In this document: piece after piece, positions 42,297 through 52,786 of the stretch
Layout: each line of letters begins with the position of its first letter
Position numbering within the stretch: position 1 is the stretch's first letter
Source of the DNA: Escherichia phage anhysbys
Length of the DNA: 64,000 nucleotides
Sequence record: NC_052656.1
Reading direction: 5' to 3' (one strand)
Program-made: the position numbers and the translations under genes
The notes under the pieces: model-generated
The model's input: the letters and a program-made list of their open reading frames with translations, nothing else
Databases searched by the model: none
What the model was told of the DNA's origin: nothing

Positions 42297-43307
42297 ATGG
42301 CAGAAAGAGAGTATACAAAAGCTCCTGCCCCTAATTTAAACAGGGCATACAAATTATTAATTGGTTCTGCCACAAACACAATACAGAAGAGAACTAAGAA
42401 CTCGGCATTTAAATCTACAGTAGATTTGGATACCAAGTTAGGGACAACAGAAAAATCCTCTTCTAATTTGTATTTGTTGCAAGACCATCAAATAACCTTC
42501 AGTATTAAGAAAGATAATAACAAAGATCCTAACCAAGCAGAGATTGTAGTTTATAACCTTTCGGATGATACTGTTAACTATATAAACCGTGGTATCCGAA
42601 ATAACTTGGCTGTTGCTTTAGCGGTAGGATACGAAGGTGAAGAGTTGGTTATGATCTTCAAAGGAACTATCCAGTGGGTTAGTGATACTTTTGACTCGGT
42701 AGACAGGAAAACCACTTTACACTGTTTGGATGGCGGTATTAACATTGCAGAAGCAAGAACAAGTCGCAGTTATCCAAAAGGAACTAAAATCAAACGTGTT
42801 GTGACAGATTTGGTAAAGGATTTAGGAACTACAGAAGGTAATATACACGTAGATAATGATCAAACCTTATCTTCAGCAACAGCTATGTGTGGAAACACTT
42901 CACATTACCTAGAACATATTTGTAAAAGTATTGATCATAATGTGTCAATACAAGATGGATCTGTTTATGTCACTCCTCGTTCACAAATGTCTAGTGCACG
43001 TAGCGCCTATATTAGCCCTGAAACTGGTTTAATAGGAAGCCCAGAACCATTCCACAACGATATTAAACCTACTAAAAAAGTTACCAAATCCTCTAAGAAG
43101 GCAAAGAAACCTACAGATGGTGTTAAATTTAAATGCCAAATGAATGGTGCAATCTTACCAGAAAAAACAATCTGGTTAAAAAGCCGAGATTATGATGGTC
43201 CATTTAAAGTAGTCTCTGTTTCCCACAATGGGGATAAAGAAGGTAAAGAGTGGGTTACTGAAGTGGAATGTGTATCCGTGTCTGAAATAATGACTAAGGA
43301 GAAATAA
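42297..43307 (+). CDS. baseplate hub protein (putative, gpD-like)
   Basis: 336 aa, size and position typical of myovirus baseplate hub. Confidence 0.4.
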   Translation: MAEREYTKAPAPNLNRAYKLLIGSATNTIQKRTKNSAFKSTVDLDTKLGTTEKSSSNLYLLQDHQITFSIKKDNNKDPNQAEIVVYNLSDDTVNYINRGIRNNLAVALAVGYEGEELVMIFKGTIQWVSDTFDSVDRKTTLHCLDGGINIAEARTSRSYPKGTKIKRVVTDLVKDLGTTEGNIHVDNDQTLSSATAMCGNTSHYLEHICKSIDHNVSIQDGSVYVTPRSQMSSARSAYISPETGLIGSPEPFHNDIKPTKKVTKSSKKAKKPTDGVKFKCQMNGAILPEKTIWLKSRDYDGPFKVVSVSHNGDKEGKEWVTEVECVSVSEIMTKEK

Positions 43308-44041
43308 TGGACGCATTAAATTTTGTCACAGCAATGCGTGGCTTAATGACAGAACAATTGGCAGAAGTCCATACAGCCCTGCCAGTCCGTGTGACTGGCG
43401 TTAATTATGGTGCTAAGACTGTCACCTTAGAATCTATTGTTAAAAACACCCGATCTAGCGAAGATGAAATAGATTACCCTACTTTTGAAGATGTTCCTTT
43501 TATGGTTAATGGTGGTGGGACAGGAAGAATCTCATTCCCTATTAAATCAGGAGATTTAGGGACCGTTATATTTTCTGAACGAGATCCTTCTAATGCACTG
43601 CAAACTAGTGGGGAAACTTCTTCATCATCCACTTTTATGCAGCCTTGTGGATTATACCCTATTTGTTTTATTCCTAAAATAGCTACAGGAACAGATTCAA
43701 CAGAAGCTGTAGATTCTGAAAAGGTAGTTATTTCTAATAACAAAAACACGTACGCTTCTTTCGACCCTACAGGTAATATTTCAATATGGAATAGTCAAGG
43801 GATGAAAATAGATATTACTACCTCCGGTATTACTATTACAGATGGCACAGGGACTTTGGATCTAAAAGGTGGTAATTTAACTTTCAAAGGCGGCGTAGCA
43901 GATATCAATGGTCTTAAAATAGATCAGAACGGTTTGATGACAGATGGTAATGGCATCGGATTCCATACTCACACGCACACGGTTCGTAACATTCAGAGCG
44001 GTAGCTCAAGTGCCGAGTCCTTAAAACCAACAGGAGCCTAA
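43307..44041 (+). CDS. baseplate central spike protein (putative)
   Basis: C-terminal Gly/Thr-rich repeats (ITITDGTGTLDLKGGNLTFKGG) and HTHTH, as in spike/needle proteins. Confidence 0.4.
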   Translation: MDALNFVTAMRGLMTEQLAEVHTALPVRVTGVNYGAKTVTLESIVKNTRSSEDEIDYPTFEDVPFMVNGGGTGRISFPIKSGDLGTVIFSERDPSNALQTSGETSSSSTFMQPCGLYPICFIPKIATGTDSTEAVDSEKVVISNNKNTYASFDPTGNISIWNSQGMKIDITTSGITITDGTGTLDLKGGNLTFKGGVADINGLKIDQNGLMTDGNGIGFHTHTHTVRNIQSGSSSAESLKPTGA

Positions 44042-44042
44042 C

Positions 44043-44669
44043 ATGGGAATCCCTTTTGACTTAAAACTTGGACCAAACAACGACCTCATCATGGACGATG
44101 GGGATTTGGTCCTTACCACAACCAGAACAGAAATTGCAGCACAAACTCTTGGGATAACTCTGAACACGTATCGTGGGGAGTGGTTTTTAAATACTAACTT
44201 TGGTGTTCCTTACTTACAAGAGATTATTGGTGTTGCCAGAAAGAAAGATATTGTAGACAGAATATTTTTAGCAGAGATTGCCAAAAACGTTTACATCGAT
44301 ACAATAAACAGTTATAAATCTGCTTATGATATGGACCAACGTTATTACTCAATGACAGTTATGGTCACAGTTGGAGCAGATACAGTAACATCTATATTCA
44401 ATACTCAACCTTCTGAAGAGTTTATTTACCCTGAAGCTGGTGAAGACAATGCAGCGATCATTTGTGAAGCTTACAGTATTGTTGAGAATTCGAATAGACT
44501 TTATCGCTTTATCAACTTTGTTGGTTTGCCACGTGATACCTACTCTACTTGGTGGAATGAATGGTCCACAGAGTCAGCAGTGGAAAGAATCATGGTTAAC
44601 GAAAAAGGTGATGCATTAGCTACAAACAATGATTTCGGTATAACAGCTATGACAGGAGTAGAAGAGTAA
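44043..44669 (+). CDS. baseplate protein (putative)
   Basis: 208-aa ORF, 2-nt spacing to neighbours. Confidence 0.4.
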   Translation: MGIPFDLKLGPNNDLIMDDGDLVLTTTRTEIAAQTLGITLNTYRGEWFLNTNFGVPYLQEIIGVARKKDIVDRIFLAEIAKNVYIDTINSYKSAYDMDQRYYSMTVMVTVGADTVTSIFNTQPSEEFIYPEAGEDNAAIICEAYSIVENSNRLYRFINFVGLPRDTYSTWWNEWSTESAVERIMVNEKGDALATNNDFGITAMTGVEE

Positions 44670-45142
44670 TGGCAGATTTAACTACGATCAAAATTTCTGA
44701 TCTTACACAAACAACCTCTGTATCTGATACAGATTTCTTTGTAACAGATCAGGCTGGAATAACAAAGAAAACTTCTTTGAAAGTGCTATTGAGTGGTGCA
44801 GGGGTAACTAGAAACCGTCTGAATGCACGGGGAACAGTAACTAGCACCTTGGCATTAGATATTAGTTCAGCAGAATACTTTTCAGCAACTTTATCTTCTT
44901 CAACGTGCACAATTAGTTTTACTAATATTCCAGTAGCAACAAATGCAGTTTTAAACTTTACTTTAGCTTTGCGTCAAGGAAGTGGTGCAAATAAAGTCGT
45001 ATGGCCTTCTTCTGTAAAATGGAGTTTTGGTCGTTCCCCAGTTTTGAGTTATCGTCAAGGTGCAACAGACACTTTTGAGTTTATCAGTTATGATAATGGA
45101 GCAACTTGGACAGGTAGCTTAGTTTTAGCAGGAGTTATTTAA
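44669..45142 (+). CDS. baseplate/tail fibre-associated protein (putative)
   Basis: 157-aa Ser/Thr-rich ORF. Confidence 0.4.
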   Translation: MADLTTIKISDLTQTTSVSDTDFFVTDQAGITKKTSLKVLLSGAGVTRNRLNARGTVTSTLALDISSAEYFSATLSSSTCTISFTNIPVATNAVLNFTLALRQGSGANKVVWPSSVKWSFGRSPVLSYRQGATDTFEFISYDNGATWTGSLVLAGVI

Positions 45143-48018
45143 TGTCAAGAGTTAAGCACAATATTGACAACACGTTTCAGTTGATTGAAGGGTTGGTTCA
45201 GTTTTTGGAAAGAAATACTGGGCTTACCATAGATCCTACGGTTCAGCATTACATTATCAACCCACAAAACGTATTGGCGAACAACAGACACTTTATTAAC
45301 TGGACAGCGCAGGAAGGGCAACCAAACGGTGACGCTACTACCGAAGGTCAATCTGTGCTTATCACTGGTTTTGCTTATGCATATTTGGCTACAGGGGATA
45401 AAAAATATCTTGAATCTGCCGAGAAGTATTGGCAAGCCTATATAGATCACTTCTTCGGGGGCCAACCTATTCCTGATCCTCCGGCTAAGTATCGTCCCAA
45501 CTGGATCATCAATGGTAAAGAACCACGTTTAGCACATTACCCTCTCACAGATGATGGGTATCCTACGCACGGTGGGTTCAAAGGTAGTATGATGACTTGG
45601 ATTAACGGAAGGACTGTTATTCCTAAAGGTGCACCGCATTGGGGGGAATACTTAGATAAAGCTTGGTTTGCTTTCAATGGCAATCTTGGTTGGAACTCCG
45701 TTAACGCAACAGTTTATGCAACTAATCCAGATGGTTCAACCAACTGGAAAGAATATGGAGATCAGTGGGACGTTGAATGGATTATAGATCGTCTAGGACG
45801 TAAAGTTGATTGGGATGGTAACATTTTATCTACAGGTCACAGCTTCGCAGAATATGGAACAGTGCAACTTAAAAATGCTTCTGTGAACGGTGATTATAAA
45901 TTCAACTACGCTACATGCAATCCTGTAGAACACGGTGGATATCTGCTTAAGCGTAATGAGATGTGGCATAACCGTCCTGTAAACGTTCCGGTAGAGTTAG
46001 GTTATCAAGATAATGCTTCCGATGCTGAAACGTGGTGGTGTGATGCAAACTACTTGATGTATCAGATCACAGGAGAGAGAAAATACTGGCTTTGCTGGCA
46101 ATCTTCTTTATTGTTGTGTCAAGACTACTCAAACATCGATATGTTTGATAAATTCTTCCGTAGATCTACGACAGCAATAATTCCTTTTACAGACGGTATC
46201 TCGTATGATTACTCATACCCATCTACAGCAATACCTAAATATTCTCGTGACGAGTTAGGCTACACAGTAATTCGCCAAGATGTTGCAGCACAAACAACTC
46301 TAGAACAACAGGCAGTTTGGTTCAGAGTGGATCAGAATTCAAAACTGCGTATTGAGTTTCAAGGTGTAGATGATGCAGGGGAAGGTGTTCTTTTCCGTCC
46401 AGAGTTAGAATTAAGCAAGACTAAGAGTGAAACAGACACAGTGACATATCGTTGTGGCTTACCTCTTGGTGCAGCTAATATGACTAAGATGGATATACCT
46501 TTATCTAGTTTTATGCGCACTGAACCTCCTGGAGGTGGTGTATATATTATTGCTGAACCCAGAATTATTGTTGACTGGGGAAGCAATACTGTGATACAAT
46601 ATAAATATGCAACTGGTATTGCTGGGACAAATAGTGATCAGATAGTTTCTGCTAATATGGATTCAGATGGTGGTTTTACTGTTGGGTTTTGGTTAACACC
46701 AACTAAAACAGCCAATTTAAAATCTATTACATATCGTTCATACGCAGATGATTTTAACATCACTATTACGGATTCCGCAGGTTGGAGATGGTGGGCCATG
46801 TTAGAAAAAACAAATTCTGCATGGGTTACTAAAGCTTTAAGTCCTGCTGATTTCAAATTAAGCACTTGGCAACCTAATCACAATGACACAGAGACAAAAC
46901 CTTCGTCAATAAACCTGACTACTGTTGATCAGATCAACATTGCATTGGATTCTGAACCTGCAAATGGCTTGACAGGGGCAATCGACTTTTATTGCGTTAA
47001 CGATATCCCATCTTTGTATTCTTCAGCCGCTGGCGATGATTACACAATGTATTTCAGGGTTACAGTTTCATCTGAAAATCCTTATACAGCAAAACTTGGA
47101 GATTGTACAATACTGGACTACAAACTTGACAGTTTGAATTATACTCCAGGAATCATTCCATTTTCCAATATTAGTGATCCTAACACAGCATTATATGACG
47201 GTTGGCGTGGTATTCCTTACCCAGGTTATCAATACCCATCCTTATATTGTTTTAAAGGGAGAGATATTGACTGGGTTCGTATGAACAACAGTATAGACTT
47301 TTTATATGATTCACAAATGTGGTTTTATAATAAGTTTGCCCCTGTAATGCCTGGGCCAATGGCACAAGCTTATGTTTGGGATCGTTGGGATGCTCATAAA
47401 TATGGAAACAAAAATGAGTTCACAATGTATCATTGGAACGATAAAGCTTGGGATGGTTATGAAGCACGAGCATTCTTCTGTGCGTGTCATACGGTATACG
47501 AACTAAAGCGACGAGGAGCCGAAGTTCCTGAAAAACTTTTAACAGTTTGTAAAAACTGGATCAACTACCTGAAGTGGTTCCAAGATAACAACGAAGGAAG
47601 AACACCAACAATATTTTATCCCAACGGAGAAGTGGCTGCGCCTGTAGATGACTTTACAAGTCACATGTCTGCGCTCTTTATGGCGGGATGTGCTATAATG
47701 GGGATGGCTGGATATGATTCAGAAATTCCTAACATTAAAATAGTAGCAGACCGCTGTTTTGAACTTATTCAGGAAAACTATATTGTTCTTGGTCCTAATC
47801 ACGTTATGAATGGTTGTTGGAGTGCTGCTCCTAGACCAGACAGTGATAACGGAGTCTTCTTTGGCTTCCACGCTGGAGAGTTGTTACGTGGTTTTGGGTT
47901 GTATGCTTTATACAAAAAACTTAATCCCCAAAATGCATTACCTGTTTTGGATTCGAGCAATATTCCTGCACTTACTGTTTTGACAATGGCAAACATTAGT
48001 GTGGACGTTACCGAGTAA
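45142..48018 (+). CDS. large tail-associated protein with alpha/alpha-toroid glycoside hydrolase/lyase-like regions (candidate depolymerase)
   Basis: 958 aa; VLITGFAYAYLATGDKKYLESAEKYWQAY and C-terminal aromatic/Gly-rich helical segments resemble (alpha/alpha)6-barrel enzymes; inferred. Confidence 0.45.
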   Translation: MSRVKHNIDNTFQLIEGLVQFLERNTGLTIDPTVQHYIINPQNVLANNRHFINWTAQEGQPNGDATTEGQSVLITGFAYAYLATGDKKYLESAEKYWQAYIDHFFGGQPIPDPPAKYRPNWIINGKEPRLAHYPLTDDGYPTHGGFKGSMMTWINGRTVIPKGAPHWGEYLDKAWFAFNGNLGWNSVNATVYATNPDGSTNWKEYGDQWDVEWIIDRLGRKVDWDGNILSTGHSFAEYGTVQLKNASVNGDYKFNYATCNPVEHGGYLLKRNEMWHNRPVNVPVELGYQDNASDAETWWCDANYLMYQITGERKYWLCWQSSLLLCQDYSNIDMFDKFFRRSTTAIIPFTDGISYDYSYPSTAIPKYSRDELGYTVIRQDVAAQTTLEQQAVWFRVDQNSKLRIEFQGVDDAGEGVLFRPELELSKTKSETDTVTYRCGLPLGAANMTKMDIPLSSFMRTEPPGGGVYIIAEPRIIVDWGSNTVIQYKYATGIAGTNSDQIVSANMDSDGGFTVGFWLTPTKTANLKSITYRSYADDFNITITDSAGWRWWAMLEKTNSAWVTKALSPADFKLSTWQPNHNDTETKPSSINLTTVDQINIALDSEPANGLTGAIDFYCVNDIPSLYSSAAGDDYTMYFRVTVSSENPYTAKLGDCTILDYKLDSLNYTPGIIPFSNISDPNTALYDGWRGIPYPGYQYPSLYCFKGRDIDWVRMNNSIDFLYDSQMWFYNKFAPVMPGPMAQAYVWDRWDAHKYGNKNEFTMYHWNDKAWDGYEARAFFCACHTVYELKRRGAEVPEKLLTVCKNWINYLKWFQDNNEGRTPTIFYPNGEVAAPVDDFTSHMSALFMAGCAIMGMAGYDSEIPNIKIVADRCFELIQENYIVLGPNHVMNGCWSAAPRPDSDNGVFFGFHAGELLRGFGLYALYKKLNPQNALPVLDSSNIPALTVLTMANISVDVTE

Positions 48019-48026
48019 GGGGTAAA

Positions 48027-50180
48027 ATGAAACAAGCTATATTTACTGTCACGCGAGACAAGAGAGTAAATGCGAGTTCATTTAACTACACGACTGTTGA
48101 CGGAACAGCAGTCGCTGGTAGAGATTATATTGCAAAATCGGGAACACTTGTGTTCCCTGATGATGCTGATTCTGCTACTATTGTGGTTGAAGTATTTGAA
48201 CGACCAAAGAACTCAATAGATCTTAACTTCTCCCTCCAAGTTTCAGGGATTAGTCAAAATAACATGATGGTTGAAACAACCATCAATTGTATTATAACTA
48301 CTATCCAAGAAAATACTACTCCAATAACTTGGACTACAAAAGACGTTAAAATGTTCTCTCCTATGTATTGGACAATAGATTCTCAAGCAACGGAAAGTTG
48401 TTCTATTGTATCTCATGGAGACTCTTTTACTGCAAGATTTGTAAACAGAACAACAGCAGGTTTGGCAGGGGTTATCTGGAGCACAGTTGACAAATATGAC
48501 CATAAAGGTGTTGGGTATTTGCCTCACACAGATTTAAGTTCAGAGAAACTTTGGTTTAAAATGGAAATTAGTCAAAACATGCCAGGTTTTAAAGAAGAAC
48601 CTTTGGTGCCGACTTTGACTGTAACTCTCCTGGATAAAAGTGTTCATTATGTCAGTTTAGGATTCTACGCTTCAGATATTTCAGAAGATGGTAAAACAGC
48701 CACAATAAAGTTAGATTTTGGTAATATCTTTTCTGGCCCTAATAATGATATTCCTTTGGATATGAGTGCTGTAGATAATATTTTCTTCTCTTTGATTACA
48801 GCAAGGTATGAAGAAATAGAAGAGATTGTACCTATTGCCAGTCAAGAGGCTTGGTTTACTTTCACTCTTCTTGAACCTACTTCTGGTTACAGTATGATGA
48901 AAGTCAGCAACCTTGTCCAGCCTGAACATGATATTCACATGTGCACATCTTATGATGATATGTATAACCTGACTCCAGAGAGAGTTATTTATAATACATA
49001 TGCACTAGGTTATCGTGGAATGATTAACCATTACAACGGAATGTCTCACTATTATGAGTTCTCATGGAACGGAACATCTTGGGCTTTAAATAGATCTGTT
49101 TTCCTGAATCCGGCTACAGAAGCTTGGCTTAACAGTTTCCATTCTATAGCTAATGAAAATGGCTACACAATAATGAACTCTTTGAGTTTTGAGTTGATGA
49201 GCACAGTTTGTCCTGTTGAATGGGTCCAGCATGATTGGAACGATGCTCTTGCAGCAACAGGGTATAAGCCTCCTAGTTACGTGTTGTCTCCAACTATTGA
49301 CGAAGGTATGGAATATTTGCAAAATGTTATTAACAAAATAGCATCTATTTCTCAAGCTAATAACATTCCAGTCGTCATTCAAATTGGTGAACCTTGGTGG
49401 TGGTATAATACAGCAAGTAAAATGCCTTGTATATATGATTACACTACCAAACTGGCATTCAATACAGAAACAGGTTTATTTGCACAAGATGCAGGAACAA
49501 TAGATGATTATAAAACAGGAACGCCGTTTGACGAATACTATGCATTTTTGTCTCGTAAACTAGGATTAAGAGTTACAAAGTTTGCAACAGATACTAGAGC
49601 AACTTACCCAGGAGCCAAGGTAACATTGCTTCCGTTCTTGCCATCAATTATCGGCAACGGTTTGATGGAGAAAGTTAACTTCCCGTCTGATTACTACATT
49701 CCTGAAGCTTTTGATTTTTACTGTTCAGAGTGTTATGACTGGCTTCTGGAAGGTAAGATGATGAAAGCATTTGATGCAATTACTATACCACATGAAAAAT
49801 TAGGTTTTGAATATTCTGATATTCACTACCTTTCAGGTTTTGTTCCAGATGCTACTCTTGCACCTTTGTATGGCTTTGATCCTAAATCAAACTACCGCAC
49901 ATATCTTTGGAAGATGATTATAGGTAACATAGTGTTGAACGCCAATAAGTTTGACGGACTTACACAATATATATGGGCCTATCCTCAAATAATGCATGAT
50001 TCTATCACGGTAGTTAATTCTCAATCCCAAGTTTTCTATATGGGTAACGTGCCTTTGAACGTTTATTTACAGGATATCACTCTTAAACAGGTAAATGTTG
50101 AGATTGCCACCATAAGTGGAATTACATTAGCCACTAAATCTGGAGAAGATTTAGTAACAACACAAAAATTTTATATATAG
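48027..50180 (+). CDS. tail protein with N-terminal Calx-beta domain
   Basis: 717 aa; VTRDKRVNASSFNYTTVDGTAVAGRDYIAKSGTLVFPDDADSATIVVEV matches the Calx-beta consensus. Confidence 0.5.
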   Translation: MKQAIFTVTRDKRVNASSFNYTTVDGTAVAGRDYIAKSGTLVFPDDADSATIVVEVFERPKNSIDLNFSLQVSGISQNNMMVETTINCIITTIQENTTPITWTTKDVKMFSPMYWTIDSQATESCSIVSHGDSFTARFVNRTTAGLAGVIWSTVDKYDHKGVGYLPHTDLSSEKLWFKMEISQNMPGFKEEPLVPTLTVTLLDKSVHYVSLGFYASDISEDGKTATIKLDFGNIFSGPNNDIPLDMSAVDNIFFSLITARYEEIEEIVPIASQEAWFTFTLLEPTSGYSMMKVSNLVQPEHDIHMCTSYDDMYNLTPERVIYNTYALGYRGMINHYNGMSHYYEFSWNGTSWALNRSVFLNPATEAWLNSFHSIANENGYTIMNSLSFELMSTVCPVEWVQHDWNDALAATGYKPPSYVLSPTIDEGMEYLQNVINKIASISQANNIPVVIQIGEPWWWYNTASKMPCIYDYTTKLAFNTETGLFAQDAGTIDDYKTGTPFDEYYAFLSRKLGLRVTKFATDTRATYPGAKVTLLPFLPSIIGNGLMEKVNFPSDYYIPEAFDFYCSECYDWLLEGKMMKAFDAITIPHEKLGFEYSDIHYLSGFVPDATLAPLYGFDPKSNYRTYLWKMIIGNIVLNANKFDGLTQYIWAYPQIMHDSITVVNSQSQVFYMGNVPLNVYLQDITLKQVNVEIATISGITLATKSGEDLVTTQKFYI

Positions 50181-50188
50181 GAGTAAAA

Positions 50189-52264
50189 ATGTCAACTACA
50201 ATTACTAATTTACCCGAAACATCAAAAGTTAATGATTCTGATTACCTGGTTTTAGACCAACCTGATAAGACTGTTAAAAGCACAGTTTCCAACTTTCTTA
50301 CTGACACTGGGGTGGTTTTAGCCACCCAGTTGAAAGATACAGATGGAGCAGATATGATCGGGGTTCCAACAACAGAAACTTCTTTGGGGGAATTGCTTTC
50401 ATCTGATGATATGGCCATCAAATATAGTTATGTCAACCCAACAATCAGTGAAAGGCTTGGGCGTGAAGGGGCGAAGGTTGTTTTGGTCGGCGACAGTCTG
50501 AGCAGTTTCTTCAACATAGATTCTGTAAACACAGCGTCTATCTTTGAGTCTTACCTGCGCCGCAAGATCATGGAATTCAACAGTACGGCGAAGTTCTATA
50601 ACAGAGCCATCGGCGGCAAGCGTTACTATGACTTGGGTAGAAATGAACCGCCTCTTAATGCTCTGAAGAGCGGATACCCTTGGTATACAGACACGTCCAA
50701 GCGTTGGATGACTTACTTGGACGATCTTAAACCAGATGTGATCTTCTTGGCCTTTGGTATGAACGATGGCGCTGGCTGGGACGTGGGTAACTTTCAACAA
50801 GATAACTTCTTCAAGATGATGGAAGAACTTAAGTCCATCAGTTCAAGCCCTGAGTTGGTGTTTTGTACTAATATTCTTCCTTCTACAACACATGTTGATA
50901 CCGCAACAGAAGACCAGCAGCAGGGGCGTGATGCGATGGCTGGCTGGACAAGAAGTTTTGCCAGAAAGGCGGGATATAGCTTCCTTGATCTTCATAGACG
51001 TTTCAAATGCTTACGTGATGGTGTAGACCCGTGCATGGCTAGTTATGCCCGTAAAACCATTCAGAAAGTGGTGTCGCTTCCGTATGTACACACCGCCCAG
51101 TGTGATATGTATTCGGCTCGGGTAATTTTGATCGATCCAGCCGTCGCGACCACAGGTATTAGATTCCAGTTGTCGAAGTATTCTAACAACTTCATGACCT
51201 TGAAATACGATACCACGACATCGCGCTGGATAACGACCGCATATACAGCTTCTTTCTCTTCCGTTGGCATCGCTGATCAGAGTTCTATGCCTGGCCCAGC
51301 CCCGGCTGAGGGAACAGAGATATACTTCACCATGAACGGTGACGTTGTCGTAATAACCATCGGCATCAACACATATCCGGTGTTCAGCCGTAATATTGTG
51401 CGCTTCGGTGGTAAATTCTTCCCTCAAATCGGCGGAACTGGTGATATTCGGATTGACATGATTGAGGGTACACCTATCCCTGTTAAATCAGAGTTGACGG
51501 ATTATGATTGCTACAACACTGACGGCGATGGCGGGAATGGCATCAACCACCCAACAGCCAAAGCGAGTTCCCGAATTTATACTCGCGTTGTTGACGACTG
51601 GTTCAGTATGTTTGCTGGGTCTGTTAGTTCCAGAAAGCAGGTGCTGGACATTGACTTTGTCAACGGCACTGTTGTGGTGAGAAACCCGTATAGCCCAGAA
51701 CTATCTTGTGAAGACAAAATCAGCGCCGCCCTGACTTTTATCAACGGATCACTCGCATACCAACGCGACGCTCAGGGACGTGTCATTGGAGCGGTGTTTG
51801 GGGCTACGAACAGAGCGTATGTTGACCAGGCTTTCTTCAATGCTTATGCGGGGAATTACAGCCAGCTCACATTTGAAGTAGAGTTCGTTGCCCCGAGCGC
51901 CCAGGCATACATCTGCACGTTCGGGGAAAACACCACAAGTGACCGAATCATAGCTCAGGTCACAAGTGATTTACGCCCAAGAATCACGGCAGCCGTGGCA
52001 TCACAAGCCAGCGACCTTTTCGGTTCAGCTTCGTTCCCATTTGTTGCTGGACGGAAATACGCTTTGAAATTCTCTTTAGATTGTGAGAATTCGGTCGCGC
52101 AGATGTGGGGGCAGAACAACTCCGCGCGAGGTAACATCAACGTCACCCCTATAACCGCCATATCTCCGGCGACGCTATCCAAGCTGAAACTTGGTTATGC
52201 GTCAACTGGAACATTTGGTGTAGATGTCGTGGTTTCAAGAATCAGAGTCTGGTTCTCCAACTGA
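50189..52264 (+). CDS. tail fibre/spike with SGNH (GDSL) hydrolase domain (candidate surface-polysaccharide esterase/deacetylase)
   Basis: 691 aa; block I VVLVGDSLSSFF, block III GMNDGAGW; AT-rich N-terminal ~80 codons, GC-rich remainder. Confidence 0.6.
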   Translation: MSTTITNLPETSKVNDSDYLVLDQPDKTVKSTVSNFLTDTGVVLATQLKDTDGADMIGVPTTETSLGELLSSDDMAIKYSYVNPTISERLGREGAKVVLVGDSLSSFFNIDSVNTASIFESYLRRKIMEFNSTAKFYNRAIGGKRYYDLGRNEPPLNALKSGYPWYTDTSKRWMTYLDDLKPDVIFLAFGMNDGAGWDVGNFQQDNFFKMMEELKSISSSPELVFCTNILPSTTHVDTATEDQQQGRDAMAGWTRSFARKAGYSFLDLHRRFKCLRDGVDPCMASYARKTIQKVVSLPYVHTAQCDMYSARVILIDPAVATTGIRFQLSKYSNNFMTLKYDTTTSRWITTAYTASFSSVGIADQSSMPGPAPAEGTEIYFTMNGDVVVITIGINTYPVFSRNIVRFGGKFFPQIGGTGDIRIDMIEGTPIPVKSELTDYDCYNTDGDGGNGINHPTAKASSRIYTRVVDDWFSMFAGSVSSRKQVLDIDFVNGTVVVRNPYSPELSCEDKISAALTFINGSLAYQRDAQGRVIGAVFGATNRAYVDQAFFNAYAGNYSQLTFEVEFVAPSAQAYICTFGENTTSDRIIAQVTSDLRPRITAAVASQASDLFGSASFPFVAGRKYALKFSLDCENSVAQMWGQNNSARGNINVTPITAISPATLSKLKLGYASTGTFGVDVVVSRIRVWFSN

Positions 52265-52276
52265 CGGAGTCTTTAA

Positions 52277-52405
52277 TGAATATTGACATATCTCCTATTC
52301 TTCACACCCTGGTCGCTACCACCCTGCAAGCAATTGCGGGGTTACTCCTGGGAGACTGGGTGATCGGAGCAGTGATGGGTTGTACGTTCTTCGCCGCCCT
52401 TTAAT
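52277..52405 (+). CDS. small hydrophobic peptide (42 aa), GC-rich
   Basis: ATG with GGAG 8 nt upstream; single predicted TM helix; GC-rich codons unlike surrounding phage genes. Confidence 0.3.
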
Positions 52406-52430
52406 TCCTGTCGGCGCTATTGATAGGCAT

Positions 52431-52453
52431 CCCCGCTTCGGCGGGGTGTTTTA
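52431..52453 (+). terminator. intrinsic terminator
   Basis: CCCCGC-TTCG-GCGGGG followed by TGTTTT. Confidence 0.7.
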
Positions 52454-52477
52454 AAACTACAACATGAGGACTAACCC

Positions 52478-52786
52478 ATGAATAAGATGTTCACACAGCC
52501 CACTGGCCCAGTGGCTAAACAGGTTAATAAACAAGGCATTGCCCGTAAGTTTGGTGTTAAACAATCTGAGGTTGTTTACTTCTCAGTTGGTGTGGATTTG
52601 GGTGGGTATAAGGTTATCTATGATAAGGAGACGCAAAGGGCGTATTCCCTACCTGCTGATATTGCCCCAGGTACTACTGCCATTAATCTTAGTGCTGCCG
52701 GAGTATTAGTTCACTCTGCGGGTAATGTGGACCTTGGGGAATTAGCTGCATATCGTGATTTAAAAAGTAATGAGAACGCACTATGA
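52478..52786 (+). CDS. hypothetical protein
   Basis: 102-aa ORF; ATGA overlap with downstream membrane protein gene. Confidence 0.4.
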   Translation: MNKMFTQPTGPVAKQVNKQGIARKFGVKQSEVVYFSVGVDLGGYKVIYDKETQRAYSLPADIAPGTTAINLSAAGVLVHSAGNVDLGELAAYRDLKSNENAL

